From positions 17,732,001-17,796,000 of the forward strand of contig OX597830.1 of the NCBI GenBank assembly GCA_951406725.2: a stretch of 64,000 bases of DNA, given 5' to 3'. This stretch comes from Octopus vulgaris. Its lineage: Eukaryota. The position numbers and the translations under genes are program-made. Below, one piece after another: positions 27,121 to 39,639 of the stretch (within the stretch, counting starts at the first letter, position 1; each line of letters starts with the position of its first letter). The notes under the pieces are model-generated. The model ran no database searches. It saw only the letters and a program-made list of their open reading frames with translations, and was not told the DNA's origin.

Positions 27121-27342
27121 GGTTTCAAATTTTGGCATAAGCCCAATAGTTTTAAGGAACGGGGGTTGTCGTTTACATCGACCCTAGTGTTCAACTGCTA
27201 CTTATTTTATCGACCCCGGGATGTCGGCTTTACCATCCAGTCTTTGAGGGTCGATAAAATAAGTACCAGTCGAGTACTGGGGTCGATGTAATTGACTTAC
27301 TCCCTCTCCCGAAATTGATGGCCATGTGCCAAAATTTGGAAC
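27121..27342. repeat. Head-to-head pair of SINE C 3' halves forming an inverted repeat
   Basis: tacttattttatcgaccc (27199-27216) vs gggtcgataaaataagta (27248-27265); arms extend to aaattttggca / tgccaaaattt. Confidence 0.8.
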
Positions 27343-27404
27343 AATGTTTAAATACTGAAACCAGTGAAATAACGACTCCATCTATCTCTCTATCCTATAA
27401 TATA

Positions 27405-28335
27405 TCTTATATATAAAATAGACTTGTGTGTGTATTCGCTTTTCACGTGAAAACGGCTGCGCGAATTGGTTTCATACTTGGGGTGCATCAATAATTTGAT
27501 CCCGGATACATAATAGGGTCTTATTAAAAATAAATGATATTGCTTTATATATATGATTCACTTCTTTAAAAAGGTATTTCAATCTTAACTTCCGGTATTG
27601 ACTTAGCAACCGTTGCAGGCGACATTTTCTGTTTTCATTTGCGACATCTCTCACCCTCTATTTTAATGTTTACATTTCAAGTTTTAATTCGCTATTTACA
27701 AACAACTGAGATAAATTAGTAAAAGAAATATTCACTAAGCAAGTGAGATTTTTTATAAATTGAAGTTTTCAAGAAAATTTGCTTTCTGAACTAACTTTCA
27801 TTATTGAATATTTCAAGATAAATTTAAATTCGGTACAAGATGGTTTTTAACGAGTTTTTATTTATACGATTTTTTCATTTCATGTTTATTTCATTCATTG
27901 TTTGTAATGTTCTCTCCCCACCTCTCTCTCTCTCTCTCTCTCTCTGTAATATAAACACAAACACACATACACACACACACACGCACGCACACACACACAC
28001 ATGCACACACACACACACACACAAGAGGTTTGATTACGTTATCGCACAAATATCACATTAGAATTTTACAATTCAACATGGGGCGTCCAAAAAAATATGG
28101 GCATTCTTTCGCTTGAACCCGCACACTTTGTTAATTTCCGTAATTTTTTTTTTTTACTTTTTGTATGTACGCTTGTATATTATGTATGAGTGTGTATGTG
28201 TGCGTGAGAGAAAGAGAGAGAGAGGGGGGATAAAGAGTGTGAATAAAAGGGTGTGTTATCATGTATACGCACATACATAAATACATATGCACACATCTTT
28301 TTGTATGTATGTGTGCGTGTGCATCTGTGTGAGAC

Positions 28336-28370
<35 letters not shown>

Positions 28371-28401
28371 TGTCTAAATGGCACTCACTTTCTCTCTATC
28401 A

Positions 28402-28436
<35 letters not shown>

Positions 28437-28859
28437 GCACACATACATACAAAAAAGATGCATTCATATTCATTTGTGTATGTACATATACATGACAACA
28501 CACCCCCTTCACTCACTCACTCTCTCTTTCTCTATTTCCCTCTCTCTCTCTCTCTCTTTCTCTCTCACGTCCATTTCATATACACGTACATACATCTTTC
28601 ACTTTCTCCTCTCTTTGACTTTAAAACAAAAGTAAATAAATATAAAATAAACGTCACGGAAATTAACGAACCACAAGCTGTTCATTTTGACATTTCTGCG
28701 GGTTCAACCGAAAGAACACCAAAATATGCGACTGGAAAAGAGCATTTAGCAGCAAAAACACGACGGCAGACAATATCATAAAAATTATTAGAACTGTGAA
28801 TTAAATGTGGAAATATTGTAGCTAGCAGAAAACCGCCCGGAGGGTGGTCCTTCTGCTAG
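27405..28859 (+). mobile_element. Non-autonomous Helitron
   Basis: a|TCTTATATATAAAA 5' end; 3' hairpin accgccc-gga-gggtggt followed by CTAG|t. Confidence 0.75.
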
Positions 28860-29463
28860 TATATATGTGTGTGTGTATGTATATGTGAGTGTGCGTGAGT
28901 GTGTGTGTATGTACGTATGTGTACATGTATGTATGTACATATGTATCTCTCTATCTATCTATCATCTATCTATACACACACACACTCACACACACATATA
29001 TAGGTAAAATTGATATATACGCACACACATATATACATATTCATACATGCACATACTTACACACATACATGAAGACATACACATACATATACTCATACAT
29101 GCATACTTACGCATACATACATACAAAAATACGCGCGTACGCAAAAGAGAGAGAGAGATGGATGGATGGATAGATGGATGGATGGATGGGACAGACAATG
29201 CGTTGGCAATTTACATATGATAATTTTCGTTATATGTAGATATGCATGTATGAATATAGATTCAGTATATGCATATAATCATATATTTATGCGTTATGAG
29301 ACAATCCGTTCATCATCTATCGACTAAAAAGATCTTTGCAATTTCACTCTTTTCCGGTTATATGGCACCATAGGTGCTGCCAAGGGACATCGATATTATT
29401 AGAGAATCTTTTCTCGGTTTTGGCTTTTAACCTCTTCCCAATCATTCTTTTTACATTTTTCAG

Positions 29464-29632
29464 AATTATTTTGATAGAGAGAATGAAATAGATTCAGCCA
29501 TTCTCTTACGTAAATCTAAACATCTGTTTCTTCAGCTTCTACGCAAGCCCCTCGCCCATATGTTTAAAGAATGTGGTCGGATTTATGTTCCGAGGGAATT
29601 TGCAGCTCATAAATTGAATTGGTTTCAACTGG
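29464..29632 (+). CDS. Candidate coding exon (or mariner-derived relic)
   Basis: Strong acceptor (cattctttttacatttttcAG); only one open frame: NYFDRENEIDSAILLRKSKHLFLQLLRKPLAHMFKECGRIYVPREFAAHKLNWFQL; weak donor G|GTACTG. Confidence 0.35.
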
Positions 29633-29835
29633 GTACTGAAACCTCATCGCATTTGTACATGTTATATTTTATTCAGCTATTCTTCTTTATGAGTTTTCAT
29701 TTTGCAATTCCCCCCACAAAAAATTTGTTTAGTTGTTGCCTAGACTGTAGGAAACTATATCTTAGAATTATGGTGAATTTTTAGAGAGAATAGCTCTCTC
29801 TTTCTCTGTCCCCCACTATCTCGCTCTCTTCCTGC

Positions 29836-29880
<45 letters not shown>

Positions 29881-29964
29881 CGCGTGTGCGTGTGTCTATG
29901 TGTGATGACCCGTTTGTCTTTTTGTTCGTCCCTTCGTGTATTTCACGTTATTTATTTACGTAAA

Positions 29965-30040
<76 letters not shown>

Positions 30041-30084
30041 TGTATGAATACATTTACGTATATATATATATGTGTGTGTGTGTG

Positions 30085-30159
<75 letters not shown>

Positions 30160-31033
30160 CTGTATATATTTGTCTGTGCGTGTGTTGCGATATGTATATA
30201 TAAGTAAGCTGTAGCTTGCTTGAAGCACTGCAAAATATATAAAAACTGTTATTGTATAACACTACAACAGCTGAAGATAGAACATAAATAAGAACAAAGA
30301 CAAAGATTGAATTGCTACCTTGAAAATTTTCAACAGCCCCGATATTTCGAGTAAAAGCTTCTTTCAGGAAAGCACAAGAGAAAAAGAGAGACAAAGAGTG
30401 AGAGAGAGAGAGAGTGGGTGAGAGTGAAGTGAGAACCAAAATGCAGTTTAGGTTGGCGCGTTGGGTTGAGTGAAATTAAAGTGAACACGAATATTGAAGT
30501 GTGGGAATTGAGCAACGTTCTATGTACTGCTGGTTTCAGCGTATGGATGTGATGTGTACGCGAGGAGGAATCGGGTGAAGTATCGTAATGCCGGGTGGCT
30601 ACTGACAGTGACTATTATAACCCCTGGATGCCATTTAATACATAAATTTTCTTGGCATTTCAACAGCTCCATCAACGACACTTCAGAAATTGTGATGTCT
30701 GCTTTTCTGAACTGTCGGCACCAGTTAAATTTATGTAGCTACTCGTATTCTTGAAATACGTGTGTTCTAGTTTTAGGGAAAGGCATCTATATGGTCACCA
30801 GGCTTGGTGGAAATAGCAGCTAAGGTCTCATTTGAATAGCATCCTATCACCTTTAAAATATATAGTTCTAGGTGCACTGCTTGGAAATAGGAACGAAGAC
30901 GGGATGATCACGGAAAAAACAAGTTTCGATTAGAGGTGACCAACATCTTATTCCAACAATACACACACGCGCATACAATCACACACATACACACACACAC
31001 ACACACGTATGTATATATAAAGAGAGGAGGAGA

Positions 31034-31175
31034 ACGCGTGAGTGAGAGAGAAAAGAGGAGCGAACCCTACGTACGCGTGAGGGAGAAAGAAAAGAGGAGC
31101 GACCCCTACGTACGCGTGAGTGAGAGAGAAAAGAGGAGCGACCTCTACGCACGCGTGAGAAAGAAAAGAGGAGCG
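31034..31175. repeat. 39-bp minisatellite, ~3.6 copies
   Basis: acgcgtgag..gaga.agaaaagaggagcga.c.ctacg. starting at 31034, 31073, 31112, 31151. Confidence 0.9.
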
Positions 31176-31636
31176 GCCTCAAATCAAACTCTTCCCTTCT
31201 TAATGAAGTATTGCTTTGGCTAATGTAGTCAGTGATGTCCCTAAAAATGATGAGATGGTCACAGGCGGAACGTCTTTGGTGATAGATCTGCTTGATGAAG
31301 TCCAACTTGTATAGGACACCGCCATTCTATCTTTTAGTCAACGAGAGACTAATGGCCGGATCCGATACATAGTAATGTTTAGTCATGTTTTCGACTCGCT
31401 TTTACAAGAAAATAATATTATTATTTCTTTTAAACCTTTGTATGCTACGCAATGTGTCCCTTCTTTTACATTGTATACCGTGTATACCTTTTTTATCATT
31501 TCATTATATGTAAACCCCAAAACTTTATATCTCTCTTTGTATTGCCCCCCTCATCCTTCACTCTTGTGGAAAATAAATGAAATCATCGTCATCATCTTTA
31601 TCATCATCATCATCATTATTATTATTATTATTGATT

Positions 31637-31895
31637 GAGAGAGCAGTGCATGCCATCAAAGTGACGCTGGGGTAAAATATACGAAGCCCAGTATACTCAT
31701 CATGACTACCCGTCTGATAAGGGTACACCAGATACATGCATCACAACCATGTGTGCGCGACATGGGGATCTCATATCAAGACAAACAGCACATGGCCTTG
31801 CAGGTTGGGCCCAATTAGAATTTTCTTCTGGTCGAGTAACCCATCCCGTTCAAAAGGTCCCTGAAAAAGGGTTGTTTAAGGATGTTGAACGAAAA
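31637..31895. mobile_element. (ATT)n-flanked interspersed element, fragment
   Basis: Overlaps 51745-51785 (aggtccct...tttaaggat.ttgaacgaaa) and 6722-6796(-); both ends lie in ATT tracts. Confidence 0.7.
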
Positions 31896-31945
<50 letters not shown>

Positions 31946-32535
31946 GGCGGCGAGGTGGCAGAATCTTTAGCACGTCCATCTTCACATTCTGTGTTCAAAT
32001 TCCGCCAAGGTCGACTTTGCTTTTCATCCTTTCGGGGTCGATAAATTAAGTACCAGTGAAACACTGGGGTTCCATGTAATCGACTCATCCTTTCGCCTAA
32101 AATGTCTACCCCTGTGGCAAAATTTGAAGCCATTATTATTATTAATCAATTTTAAAAGATTCTGTAAGCATGCGTTCCTAACCGGAGCTCGACTAGAGGC
32201 AAAATTAATATCGGTTCTGATTGGTCAAATCAATGCATTTTAGAGAACCTTTTCTTGTCTCAACCATTGAAAAGGAAACTTATAAACTCATATATTTAAC
32301 ATGACGTATTCCTCTTCACTTTCGCTGTACATGCGAGCCAAACGGATGTTCTTTCTTTTTTTATTTTACATTCTTTTCCAAATGCGTTTGATCGAATGGA
32401 TTCTAGCGTAATGGACGATAGTGTAACATTTTGCAGAAGGTTATCTTTCTATCAAGTATTGGTCTTCTCGAAATCTGTATGCGTTTATATGGATAATTTC
32501 TATCTCTGTTCTCAATTTAAGGATTTAATATCACG

Positions 32536-32575
<40 letters not shown>

Positions 32576-32628
32576 ATGTATGTATGAATGTATATATATA
32601 AATTTATATATATATATATATATATATA

Positions 32629-32663
<35 letters not shown>

Positions 32664-32708
32664 CATACATGCATGCATACATACATACATACATATATAC
32701 ATACATAC

Positions 32709-32811
<103 letters not shown>

Positions 32812-33343
32812 ATCTCAAACATCTCATATTCTTACCTTTATTTAGTATAAATAAAGTTGTTATAATGTATATTGGCCCTTTATTCATTTATCCATTTTGA
32901 TCTACATTACGAATAAGGTTTTGAAGTATAATTGCTTCTATCCTGCCTGCAATTCCGGTTTAAACTGCAATTCGGCACGCAAAACCAAACGAGTTAAACA
33001 CTTTGATGTTAAAAAATGTAGCCAATTCTTTAGAAATAATAGAACATGTATAATCTTTAAAAGGGTTAGACTATCAGCGTAAGAGCGCTTTCTTTATAGA
33101 TCTATTGAATCTGGGATAACTTACATCACACGTAATTTGTTTTCAACTTTTTTTTCTGATATCACATCATCTGCACTGATTAAATCCTGTCATTACTGCC
33201 TAATCAAGGCTATCGTGCTAAAGCTAAAACATGAAAACATCTCCCGATCTCTCCTTCTCATCCCCGCTACTTGCGCAATGTTGTCAAGTGCGGAAATCCT
33301 GAATCTTGCTAGGCCCTGGCACTATTAGGCCACAAAACCAGTG

Positions 33344-33462
33344 CTTACCAGCCACATGGTTCCGGGTTTAGTCCCACTGCGTGGCATCTTGGGCAAGTGT
33401 CTTCTACTATAGCCTCAGGCCGACTAAAGCCTTGTGAGACGGAAACTGAAAGAAGCCCGTCG

Positions 33463-33529
<67 letters not shown>

Positions 33530-33780
33530 ATGTGTGTGTGTGTGTATGTGTGTGTGTGTGTGTGTGTTTATATGTTTGTGTTTGTTCCTCCCAACATCGC
33601 TTGACAGCCGATGCTGGTGTGTTTACGTCACCGTAACTTAGCGGTTTGGCAAAAGAGACCGATAGAATAAGTACTAGGCTTACAAAGAATAAGTCCTGGG
33701 GTCGATTTGCTCGACTAAAGGCGGTGCTCCAGCATGGCTGCAGTCAAATGGCTGAAACAAGTAAAAGAGTAAAAGAGTAA
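33344..33780 (+). mobile_element. SINE type B, 5'-truncated
   Basis: Family match. Confidence 0.92.
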
Positions 33781-33899
33781 ACTTTTCCCTTTTATTCTAC
33801 GGAGATCCCCCCTAAGGGGAATAATGTGCCATATTGCCCTCAGAGGTAAATTTTGTTACAGTGCCAATTTCTGTCGACGTCATTTCCAGCGTCTCAACG

Positions 33900-34600
33900 A
33901 TATTTAATACAGAAATCTTAAGGGATCTACTCTTTCGTTACCCGGAGTTTCTCTCCCTTTTCACTAATCCGTTGCTGAGACAGATCTACTGCTGACTCGA
34001 ACTTCTACCAACTACACCAGTTGTTTTAAACTTTTGAAACCTTCAACGAAGTCAATGCAAAATTTTTCGATTATATATGGAATGTGAATGCCAAAACGAT
34101 CCATCCATCACCAATGTTTTTTGATAGGAAGTTACCTTTCAGCTTACTTCAGAAGAAGGAGCTTTGATTGTCCTGCTTTCTTCTCCCTCCTGTCTGTTTT
34201 CTTCCCGCTTTCTGTCAAGTCTACGGCGCCTAATGGTTTGGTTATATCTCCACTACTTCTTTATTCTAACGATTTTCTTGTTCGCACTTCTAACAACACT
34301 TTATTGCAGATGCTTTAGCACATCATTCCTTCTTAGACTTTCACTCACACAGACGTAATATCTATTTAACCTGACACCTCATGTCAAACTTACACCACCT
34401 TCAGGAAGACACTTCGACCCCATCTTTCAACGAGGACATGTCAAGTTGCCCGTTTCCTTCAACATTACAAGCACACAATCAGTTGTTAGGATGTTTCATT
34501 GATGCATTATTCTGTTGTTCATACAACAGAATAATGCATCAACGAACGCATCTCTACGTAGTTGTTCAACTTACTATAAACAGCAATCTTAAGTCCCTCA
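33900..34600 (-). pseudogene. Highly decayed LINE reverse-transcriptase relic (RTE-like)
   Basis: Minus-strand fragments QDNQSSF (~ENQAGF) and FCIDFVEGFKSL (~FVDFKKAFDSV) occur in RT motif order; many stops. Confidence 0.35.
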
Positions 34601-34785
34601 AATCAAATCATAATATCTTAGAATATGGAAGGATAAATTGAATGGAGAATTATACAATTTCTCAGGAGAGGACGGCATCGTTGAGGCTGGCGCCTTTGGT
34701 GGTAAACCTGCTGTCAGATTCGATATTGTCTCTAAACAAGGGCAATGACAACGACAATAGCAGAAAAAGCAGAAGCACAACAGCA

Positions 34786-35152
34786 TGGAGGCGCAATGGC
34801 CCAGTGGTTAGGGCAGCGGACTCGCGGTCGGAGGATCGCGGTTTCGATTCCCAGACCGGGCGTTGTGTGTGTTTATTGAGCAAAAACACCTAAAGCTCCA
34901 CGAGGTTCCGGCAGGGGGTGGTGCCGACCCCTGTTGTACTCTTTCGCCCCAACTTTCTCTCACTCTTTCTTCCTGTTTCTTGTCCCCGACTTCCTACGCA
35001 ACCGCTGAGCCTTTATGCGCATTCATCCATCCGTCGATGCTCTCGGTGTCGGGGGTTGACCTGCTTTCTCTTCTGCGGGTCTTACGAATAGCAAAGGACC
35101 ACGTTTCGGACTTCTCTCATCTTGCGAGCTCTGGGACGAAGACCGTTCGCTC
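34786..35152 (+). mobile_element. SINE with type A head and a different 3' half
   Basis: Matches 2188 up to ...cctgtttct (~34980), then an unrelated tail. Confidence 0.85.
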
Positions 35153-35221
35153 AACAGCAATAGCAACAGCAACATCAGCAACAGCAACAATAACAACAAT
35201 GCATCAAGATAAAAAATAATA

Positions 35222-35470
35222 AATGCGCCTTTTTAAAGCCTAGCCAGGCTCATGATCCCGGTTTCCAGTTTCTATGGCGTATGTTCCCCCAGCTGGACGG
35301 GACGCCAGTCCATCGCAGCGTTATGCATTTTTGCCAGTTGAGTGGACTGGAGCAACGTGAAATGAAGTGTTTTGCTCAAGAACACAACGCGTCGCCCGGT
35401 CCAGGAATCGAAACCACAATATTACAACCATGATGCTGACACCCTAACCACTAAGCCACGCGCTTCCACA
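35222..35470 (-). mobile_element. SINE type D, tRNA-derived
   Basis: Minus strand: gtggaagcgcgtggcttagtggttagg...gtttcgattcc...ttcttgagcaaaacacttcatttcacgttgctcc...gcgatggactggcgtcccgtccag. Confidence 0.85.
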
Positions 35471-35629
35471 ATACATCAAGAAGACAACTAAAATCTTCAA
35501 AGTTACTACAAATGACAGGTTTTAAGGTTTTATAATTCTTCACATTACCTTCCTCACCTCAAAATTTCGGGCTTTGTATCTAAATCAGAAACCCTTATCA
35601 CGCAGCGACTAACATCTATAGTATTACCA

Positions 35630-35857
35630 AGGCGGCGAGCTGGCAGAAACGTTAGCGCACCGGGCTTAGCATTATTTCGTCTTTCTTTACGTTCTGAGTT
35701 CAAATTCCGCCGAGATAGAATTTGCCTTTTTATTCTTTCGGGGTCGATAAGTTAAGTACCAGTTACGCACTGGGGTCGATGTAATCGACTTAATCCCTTT
35801 GTCTGTCCTTGTTTGTCCCCTCTGTGTTTAGCCCCCTGTGGGCAGCAATGAAAAATA
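35630..35857 (+). mobile_element. SINE type C
   Basis: Family match; TSD tattaccaa. Confidence 0.9.
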
Positions 35858-36977
35858 TATATTACCAAAAGCGTCAATTTTGTCTTCCGATCCACAAAAT
35901 AGTTCAACTTTCAACAACTGTTGACCAACTACAAATATGTGAGGATACTTATTACACCGTATTTGACCTGGTGCAGATACTCTGTACTCTACCATTGCTG
36001 GCTAATGTATATTTTACCACAGTATGGCCACTGATCGTTAGTTAAATTGGGGAGCCTTTACATGGTTGCTAAATGATGACAGAAATAGCTATCGTATCTC
36101 TCTGGAAACGCGCTTAAGAAATAAAATAGTACATTGTATAATACACGGTCTAAGACGGGATGGTCATAGTTGGAATACTTTTCATCAAAATTCTGATGAG
36201 TTATGGATGACCTGGGGCTTGACAATAATAAACAGCAAACCAGCAAAAGTTCATGAAAACAAATGCAATTACCAGCTAGAAATAGCAGCTAAATTTTACC
36301 ATACATCACCTAATCCTAGATTTCCAATATAGGTAATATTGACATGGCTGTTATACGCGGCATTGTATGATCGCAATCCCTTACAAACTCTGGTTCACAA
36401 AGTCATTGACTTAACATTCTGTCTCTTCTATGGATATTACGAATAATAGAACAGAAAGCAATGGAATAATATGGGAGGGTTTGTAAAGGTTATAGGCGCC
36501 TCTTTTCTTCCTTGGACTAAAATATCAATGAAAAAAAATACCGACTACTATGCTATATGTTCGTGTGTGTGTATGTATGTATATGTCTAAGTAAATCTGA
36601 ATTTATATACATATATATATATATATATATAAATATATAGATAGATAGAGACAGATAGATAGATAAATAGATGGGTAGATAGATAGGTTTATAGATGTGC
36701 GTGGATGTAAGCATGTATAGTGTGTGTTTGTGTGTTTGTGTGTGTGCATGCATGTATGTATGTACTCATAAAGACAGAGAGTGAGAGATGGTAGGAGAGA
36801 GTGCTGGAGCGATTTTTAACTTTTCACCCTGTAAGCACATGCATATATAGTCACCCACACACACACATATACACACACACACACACACATACACACTAAC
36901 ACGCGTGCGTACACATAAGTATGTGTGCGCATGTAGCTCTTTGGTTTTAGCCATCCTCTCTAAAGCAATATTCTTTA

Positions 36978-38283
36978 TCCTAGATAATATTTTATTAATA
37001 GGAATAACCTTTATAATGAACAGATTTTTTTGCTTGTAACAAACATTTCTTCTGAAAGCATAGAATTTTGGAGTTCTGAAACTGATGAATTTTTCGAAGA
37101 CGTTCTCTGCTGCAGCTTGGTTATTGAAGACACTCTTTCGCAACAAGTTATCAAGGAATCGTGTTAATCGGTCTGAGAGAGGCTTGGAGAGTAAGCTGGT
37201 AAGCGGAATAACTTCGTTTAGGTAATGTTCTGTAACCCCGATCGCTCAATTTCTGCAGTGACGTTCGTTTATACGTTGTCGATCGACTAATGGTGGATGC
37301 GAACGACGCAATTGTCGAGGCATTTCGTCGATTTCGTGGCAAGCCTTTCTAGTGTTCAAGAAAGAGTAGTCGAGAATACCAGTAGCCAGCGTCCAAGTAG
37401 TGACCAAAACCTTCTTTCGATGTAGCTTCGGCTTATAGAAGTGTTCTGGTGCTTCATCTTCTCTCAGTTATTTGCACAGAACGCAGTCTCTTATTTCTTT
37501 ATTGCCCAGAAGGGGCTAAACATAGAGGGGACAAACAAGGACAGACAAACGGATTAAGTCGATTACATCGATCCCAGTGCGTAACTGTTACTTAATTTAT
37601 CGACCCCGAAAGGATGAAAGGCAAAGTCGACCTCGGCGGAATTTGAACTACCGCCTTCATATCACGAATCCATTTTCATTTCATGTCACAATGTGATCAA
37701 GAAATGAATAATTCCATTGCACAAAAGAAACCCTGAGCAGACTTCATGAAACATCCATCTGTCGAGCACCTTTTGATTATCCATGGCAAAGTAAATATCA
37801 ACTGTTGAATGGCAAATGTTTCTACGACCCTCGGCTGTATTCTGCTTCAGAAATGGCACTAAATTGACACTCACCTGTTATCTCCCTTATCTTCAAGACT
37901 CTCCATTCCATCACGAAGTTATGGGAACCAGCTAAACAATGAATGCATTCATTGACAGTCCCCTGGTCAAATACTCAGTTGATATTGCGAGCAGTTTCTG
38001 TTGTTTGGGATGTCATTATGAATTCAAACAATAAAATCACTCGAATCGTTTCTTTTTTCGTGTCCATATTTGTTTTCTTTTTATGTTGTTTTTTGCATCT
38101 TTAATTTAATAGTCTAAAATAAATAAGAACAAACAGCGAATGTAAGCTATTAGCATAAATCAATAGACCGAAACTTACGTCGCAAAACTGTAAATTACAT
38201 GAATATATTTAAAAGAGGTTTATTTCAAAAGAAGCATCAAGGTTTAAAATAACAAAAACTGCAATCAAATTTGTACAACTTTA
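36978..38283 (-). pseudogene. Decayed mariner element (Hsmar1/cecropia-like transposase), interrupted by SINE C
   Basis: From ATG at 38067: MDTKKETIRVILLFEFIM..ETARNIN; then LDRWMFHEV (~WVPHEL); FLDHIVT; EAPEHFYKPKLHRKKVLVT; LQKLSDRGY; YSPSLSQTD (~YSPDLSPTD); LRKSVFNNQAAAENVFEKFI..RTPKFYA..INKILSR. TIR-like acaaaaactgcaatcaaatttgtacaacttta at ~38252-38283. Frameshifts and stops throughout. Confidence 0.9.
37492..37657 (-). mobile_element. SINE type C (internally deleted) nested in the mariner
   Basis: Reverse-complement family match. Confidence 0.9.
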
Positions 38284-38425
38284 TATATATGTGTGTGTAT
38301 GTGTGTGTGAGTGCGTATGGGTATGAGTGTGTAAATAGTCGTATTCATAAATACATATACATGCACAAACACACACACACACACATGCCTATATGTAAGA
38401 TAGCACAAATGTAATTGCTCTTTCG

Positions 38426-38474
<49 letters not shown>

Positions 38475-39145
38475 TATACATACTTACATACATATATAAA
38501 TATATATATAGACGTATATGTGTACATATATATATATATACACTATATTTATATACATATACGCATATAAATATACACATATATACATGTATATATATTC
38601 ATATATGTGTATACGGCGATATAATATGCTAAATGTAAGAAACTGCTCTCTTCAGCTTGTAATATACATCTATTTTTTTTCTTGTGTATTCCGTCGTGTG
38701 TGTTGTGTGTGTGTTTCGATCGGAGATAGCGCTCTAAGCGAATTCGGTGAACAATCGATCTGTTGAATTACAGAGTGAATAGGGATGCGTTCCAAGTGTC
38801 CAAAAATGTGTTTCCACCAAAAGCCTATCAGCACTAATGATTATAATAGAAACATCTTTTGCACGTATATAGTTGTTGTTTTCATATGTAAAATAAACAA
38901 ATAATAATTCGAACGCTACCTGGATTCCTAAGAATAACGTAAAATAAACAGTGCTTTCCTAATGATTTAGAACCGAAATGTTTGATGCAATTTCTATAGC
39001 CCTGCTGTGCTGATCTCCTTCCACAACGACGCTGCTTACATATGGCCCTTGGAGGTCCATGTAAGATTTTGTTGTTAAAATGTATGTGCAATGAATTGGT
39101 TATGCTTCTATATTTCACAAAATGCTTTCAACAATTTTAATACAT

Positions 39146-39585
39146 AGACGTGGTTGTGTGGTAAGAAGCTTACTTCCTAACCACATGGTTCCAGGTTCAC
39201 TCCCACTCTGTGGCTACTTGAGCAAGCGTCTTCTATTATATATTTCTTTATTGCCCACAAGGGGCTAAACATAGAGGGGACAAACAAGAACAGAAAAAGG
39301 GATTCAGTCGATTAGATTAACTCCAGTGTGAAACTGGTATTTAATTTTCTGTTGTTTGGGATGTCATTATGAATTCAAACAATAAAATAAAGGATGAAAG
39401 GCAAAGTCGACCTCGGCAGAATTTGAACTCAGAACGTAACGACAGACGAAATACCGCTAAGCATTTCGCCCGGCGCGCTAACGTGTCTGCCAGCTCGCCG
39501 CCTTCCACTATAACCTCAGCCCGATCAAAGCCTTGTGAGTGGATTTGGTCGGCGGAAACTGAAAGAACCCTGTCGTATATATATA
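39146..39585 (+). mobile_element. SINE type B 5' part interrupted by a minus-strand SINE C (39241-39503)
   Basis: B head to cttctattata, then the C copy, then B resumes at cttccactataacctcagcccgatc. Confidence 0.85.
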
Positions 39586-39639
39586 TATGGAGCAACAATG
39601 CACTATAATAACAACAGTGGAATATAATAGCTGTTATAA

